Assembly (NCBI GenBank): GCA_951406725.2
Contig: OX597828.1
Location: 43,028,001 to 43,092,000, forward strand
Origin: Octopus vulgaris
Lineage: Eukaryota
Length of the DNA: 64,000 nucleotides
Reading direction: 5' to 3'
Each line of letters begins with the position of its first letter. The first letter of the stretch is position 1. Made by a program: the position numbers and the translations under genes. Positions 58,467 to 64,000 of this stretch are shown here, one piece after another. The notes under the pieces are model-generated. The model saw nothing but the letters and a program-made list of their open reading frames with translations. It had not been told where the DNA came from and ran no database searches.

Positions 58467-58591
<125 letters not shown>

Positions 58592-58610
58592 CATCCATCC
58601 ATCCATCCAA

Positions 58611-58692
<82 letters not shown>

Positions 58693-60104
58693 CTGCGTGT
58701 TTGAGTATACTTCTCTTTATGGCTACGAAGAGAGGGAAGTGTTCAATTAATTAATTGTAATATCTCTGACTTCCTCTTCCCTTGTTTCTCTCATTACGCA
58801 TGTGTAACGCCCCACGCGCGCATGCAAGTACCTGTGCGTGTGCATGCGCACATCCAAGTGTTTGTGCGTGCGTGTCTGCGTGTGTGTCTGTTTGTCGCCA
58901 GTGTCAAAAAGTATTGTCGCCAAATCATTGACAGTCCAATCAGCTGTTTTAAATCATCACCATCCAGAGTTTAAGCCGCGCTTAAACTCTTCATTTCGTG
59001 TTCTATAAGTAATTGACATTTTGGAAATGCGAGATACCAAGTCTTGAGAGATGTGACACTTTATTTCTGTAGAGAATCTTCAATCTGATGTTGAGATAAG
59101 TCTACTGCGGCTAAAATAATTGAGGCGCGCAAAGAATGGCAGAAATAGCGAAGCAATATTGTCGAGCTCAATAAATAAAACTGATCGTATACTGACACAT
59201 ACTGACATACGTCTCAAAGTGACATTGAGTGGAGGAAAATTAATCGGTACTGAAAAAACACTGCACTCGATGTACGAGACACGGAAATCAGAGAATTAGT
59301 CTACAATCGCCATACAAATATCTAGGGAGAATAGTACAGGTGAGTTGAAATGATATTAAACACTAAGCTCAATGATAAAAATAAGATAATAGGGATAAAC
59401 ACGCTAGATATAACAGTTATAAATTACAGCTTTAACATGATAAACTGGAAGATTATGAATTGAGAAACTTAGAGAGAGAAAAACTAGGACACTATTTACA
59501 TACCGAAGTCACCACCCAAAAGCAGTGCAGACACATACAGAATATACTTACCTTGCCCACAAGGAGTTCGCAGTGTGACAAATAGAAAACTACTATAAAA
59601 TAACAACAGTTGGACTAGAAAAGGATTTAAAAGCAAGTAAATGAATGCTACATGTAATAAGCAGCACGAAATAAAAAGTTGAAGTAAAAGAAAGCTCTTT
59701 TCTCTATTAACGAGGAGGTGACAAAATACAAAACAGAAACAGAAAGCTGATCTCAAATGACAACACAGCTGAAACGGTCAAAGAGAAAGAACACATAGAA
59801 ACAAATCTATACATCATATTACAGAAGAATTAGAGAGAAAAATTACTTCGTGACCAAAACTCTGCAAAGCTTAACATAGGAGAAGTGAGCCAAAGCAAAA
59901 GCCAGAAATGACTCAAAAGCTCTGGACTAAACGCAGAAACGGAACGGAAGGAGTGATTCTCATTGCGCAAGATCAATGCCTGACAACAAAAAGCTATAAA
60001 AGCAAAATAATGAAAACAAACCTAAACATCAACTGCAGAATGTGAATCAAGTACAATCAGACAATGAACTGACCACATCATCTCTGGCTGTCCAATTCTA
60101 AATA

Positions 60105-60163
<59 letters not shown>

Positions 60164-60169
60164 CTGTGG

Positions 60170-60274
<105 letters not shown>

Positions 60275-60380
60275 TATGTATGTATGTATGTATGTATGTA
60301 TGTATGTATATATACATTATTGTGTCTGTGGAAATATATATATATATATATATATGATAATAATAATAATAATAATAATG

Positions 60381-60436
<56 letters not shown>

Positions 60437-61040
60437 CAATTCTTTTTTATTGGCCACAAGGGCTGACACGCATGATTACATAAAGGGACAAGACAGGACG
60501 AAAGGTTACAAAGGGTTTTGTCCGTTTGTTAAAAAATCCGTGTAAAAAACTTTAAAACAATGATTATTAAAACAATGAAAAACTCCCAAAAGGGGGAGAC
60601 GTCTCGAAAGGTTCCTGGTGGAAAAAAACCCTACAAAAGCCAACGGGAGCCTGGTCAAAAAAAAGGGGGTGTAGAGAGTCCCCTTTCTTCTCCTTTTACA
60701 TTACCTTTTTCTTTGAAATCACAGGCGAAACCTGAGAACTGGTCCATTTATACAGGCCAGTCTCGCACAATTCACCCACCTTTCATAAAACTTGCTATCG
60801 GACAGCACTTTCCTCTCTAACCTCATCTTCCTTTTCAGGTGAAACTTGAAAAAGTTGATGAGGCCTTGACCAAAGAGGAAAGTGTCTGTCTTTAGCCCTT
60901 TCAAACGAGTCCACCACACGACCTCTTTCGCCACAGCCACTAGGCACAAGAAAACGGCCTCGCCCTCCTTGTTAAAGGAGGTCGGCGGGGCAATCTTCAC
61001 TATGGATTCGGCCGATAGTCGGATCCGTCCTACACGTGAC
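60437..61040 (-). mobile_element. 3' fragment of an L1/Tx1-like LINE
   Basis: ORF 60719-61000 (..AKEVVWWTR...ERW..) resembles Tx1/L1 ORF2 C-termini. The T-rich 3' UTR ends in CAATAAAAAAG before (ATT)n. Confidence 0.6.
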
Positions 61041-61062
61041 AGTAGTTGTTCGACATAAACCC

Positions 61063-61101
<39 letters not shown>

Positions 61102-61126
61102 GAAGGGAATATAATTCCAGACTTAC

Positions 61127-61518
61127 AGGGAAAAATTCTATTTAGCAATTATAAATCAAATTCCACAATATATAATATATATATCAAATTTAGAGAAAAA
61201 CCTCTATTAAACAATTCAATAGTGAAAGATGTTATTCACACCATATAGAAAAAATTAAATATACTATGGAAAACATTATTCTAAAAATCAATAAAGTACA
61301 TAAACAATAAATACGCGCGTAGTCTAGTTACTATTTATTGTTTATGTACTCTATTGATTTTTAGAATATTGTTTTCTATAGTATATTTAATTTTTTCTAT
61401 ACGGTGTGAATAACATCTTTCACTATTGAATTATTTCATAGAGGTTTTTCTCTAAATTTGATATATATATTATATATTGTGGAATTTGATTTATAATTGC
61501 TAAATAGAATTTTTCCCT
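61127..61518. repeat. Long AT-rich palindrome (arms ~187 bp, 18-bp spacer)
   Basis: 61127-61313 is the near-perfect reverse complement of 61332-61518. Confidence 0.93.
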
Positions 61519-61566
61519 CTATTTCATAGAGGCTTTTCTCTAAATTTTACACACACAGACTCACAA

Positions 61567-61643
<77 letters not shown>

Positions 61644-62239
61644 CAAACAGGACCGAGTAAGTAGTTATATCCACTGGGCTATATGCCAAAACTGCACCAA
61701 AACAATGCTGGCAATGATATCAACAGATACCAAGCGAGTTACGTGACAATGGCCAGGTCACATTCATCTAGGATATGCCCATTCAATCTGATATAGAAAC
61801 CAATGCTAATCGCCCAGACATAATAATGAAGAATTAAAAAAAGAAATCTATTTACTGATAAGGTTGCAGTCCCTTCTGACCAAAATATTGCCCCAAAGGA
61901 AGTTAAGAAATTGGTAGAGTACAAAGATCACGAAATTGAAGTATTGAAGATGTAGGGCATGCAGGTGATAACAATACCAGTAATAACTGAAGCATTGGGT
62001 AAGATAAAAAAACAACCTATGAGCAAAAACGTAGAATCTATACCTACACCCTCAAAACTACACACTATCCAAAAAATAGCCCTGCTAGGAACAACCCATA
62101 TCCTACGCGAGACCCCTATCACTTCAAAAATAAAACCAAAATAAAACAATCCACAAACACAAGATACACTGAGTACAGTGAGTATCTAATAAAATAAACT
62201 ACCTCTCAAAGATGTACTCTAAGGTCGTCGGATACCCAA

Positions 62240-62621
62240 GGAAGCACTCCGTCGGTTACGACGACGAGGGTTCCGGTTGATCCGAATCAACGGAACAGCC
62301 TGCTCGTGAAATTAACGTGTAAGTGGCTGAGCACTCCACAGACACGTGTACCCTTAACGTAGTTCTCGGGGATATTCAGCGTGACACAGAGAGTGACAAG
62401 GCCGGCCCTTTGAAATACAGGTACAACAGAAACAGGAAGTAAGAGTGAGAGAAAGTCGTGGTGAAAGAGTACAGCAAGGATCACCACCATCCCCTGCCGG
62501 AGCGTCGTGGAGCTTTAGGTGTTTTCGCTCAATAAACACTCACAACACCCGGTCTGGGAATCGAAACCGCGATCCTATGACCGCGTGTCCGCTGCCCTAA
62601 CCACTGGGCCATTGCGCCTCC
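62240..62621 (-). mobile_element. Family C SINE, copy 3
   Basis: Near-identical to copies 1 and 2. Possible short TSD ACCCAA. Confidence 0.92.
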
Positions 62622-62829
62622 AACACCCAATACAAATACTAATACAACAATAGACTGTAGGAAAACACCATAACAAAACAAACTCATGTAATACTGAGAA
62701 GAGTTTTTACTCCCGTTCCCTACCACGAAAAAATAACAAGAACACGCAAGGCTACACACCTCAGTAACACGGGTATGCAGCAGGTTTATGGAGTAAAGTT
62801 TGTCTGAAACTATCAAATGTCGAATGATA

Positions 62830-63059
62830 ATCCTTTCTACTGTAAGCCTAAGGCCTGAAATTTGGTGGAGGGAACTAGTCGATTACCTCGACCCCCCCCC
62901 CATTGTTTCACTGGTGTTTAATTCATCGACCCCGAAAAGATGAAAGGCAAAGTCGACATCGGCGGAATTTGAACTCAGAACGGAACGAGGGGCGAAATCC
63001 GGCAAAGCATTTCGTCAAGCGTGCTAGTAATTCTGCCAGCTCACCGACTTTCAAATGTC

Positions 63060-63100
<41 letters not shown>

Positions 63101-63122
63101 GTAGTAGTAGTAGTAGTAGTAA

Positions 63123-63207
<85 letters not shown>

Positions 63208-63216
63208 TAATAATAA

Positions 63217-63247
<31 letters not shown>

Positions 63248-63496
63248 AAGAAGAAGAAGAAGAAGAAGAAGAAGAATACTTTCTACTGGAAGCACAAGGC
63301 CTCACATTTGGTAGAAGGGATTAAGTCGATTACACCGACCCCGGTGCGTAACTGGTACTTATTTAATCGACCCCGAAAAGATAGATGAACGCCAATGTCG
63401 ACCTCGGCAGAATTTGAACTCAGAGCGTAAAGACAGACAAAAGACCGCTAAGCATTTCGCCCGGTATGCTAACGATTCTCCCACCTCGCCGCCTTC

Positions 63497-63542
<46 letters not shown>

Positions 63543-63550
63543 TAATAATG

Positions 63551-63587
<37 letters not shown>

Positions 63588-63828
63588 GAAGAAGAAGAAG
63601 AAGAAGAATACTTTCTACTGGAAGCACAAGGCCTCACATTTGGTAGAAGGGATTAAGTCGATTACACCGACCCCGGTGCGTAACTGGTACTTATTTAATC
63701 GACCCCGAAAAGATAGATGAACGGCAATGTCGACCTCGGCAGAATTTGAACTCAGAGCGTAAAGACAGACAAAAGACCGCTAAGCATTTCGCCCGGTATG
63801 CTAACGATTCTCCCACCTCGCCGCCTTC

Positions 63829-63874
<46 letters not shown>

Positions 63875-63882
63875 TAATAATG

Positions 63883-63933
<51 letters not shown>

Positions 63934-63935
63934 TG
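62830..63935 (-). mobile_element. Three family A SINEs separated by (AAT)n/(AAG)n; the last two form a tandem duplication
   Basis: 63275-63497 and 63607-63830 are almost identical. Confidence 0.9.
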
Positions 63936-64000
63936 CATTAGGCATGATAAAAAAATATTCAGACAAATACATAACAAAAACACCAGGACTTACGAACACA

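Overview
AT-rich eukaryotic (animal) genomic DNA, dominated by microsatellites and interspersed repeats. The repeat content suggests an octopus or other coleoid cephalopod, but this is inference and was not checked against a database. No host protein-coding gene can be supported, and most ORFs in the track are translations of simple repeats. Supported content: one tRNA-Arg(ACG) gene; a near-intact Penelope-like element (RT + GIY-YIG); two R4/Dong-type LINE remnants; a mariner transposase remnant; several MITEs; and at least four tRNA-derived SINE families. The most interesting signal is a set of minimal type I hammerhead-ribozyme motifs (three good, two or three degenerate). They lie in unrelated short non-coding elements and in the 3' region of the Penelope element. 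Each of the five main motifs sits about 90-200 nt upstream of a (TA)n junction, pointing to a (TA)n-targeted Penelope/retrozyme-like system. The Penelope element also has an HIV-type UUUUUUA -1 slippery site joining an upstream ORF to the RT frame. All RNA folds were done by eye, and repeat boundaries are approximate unless a TSD is given.
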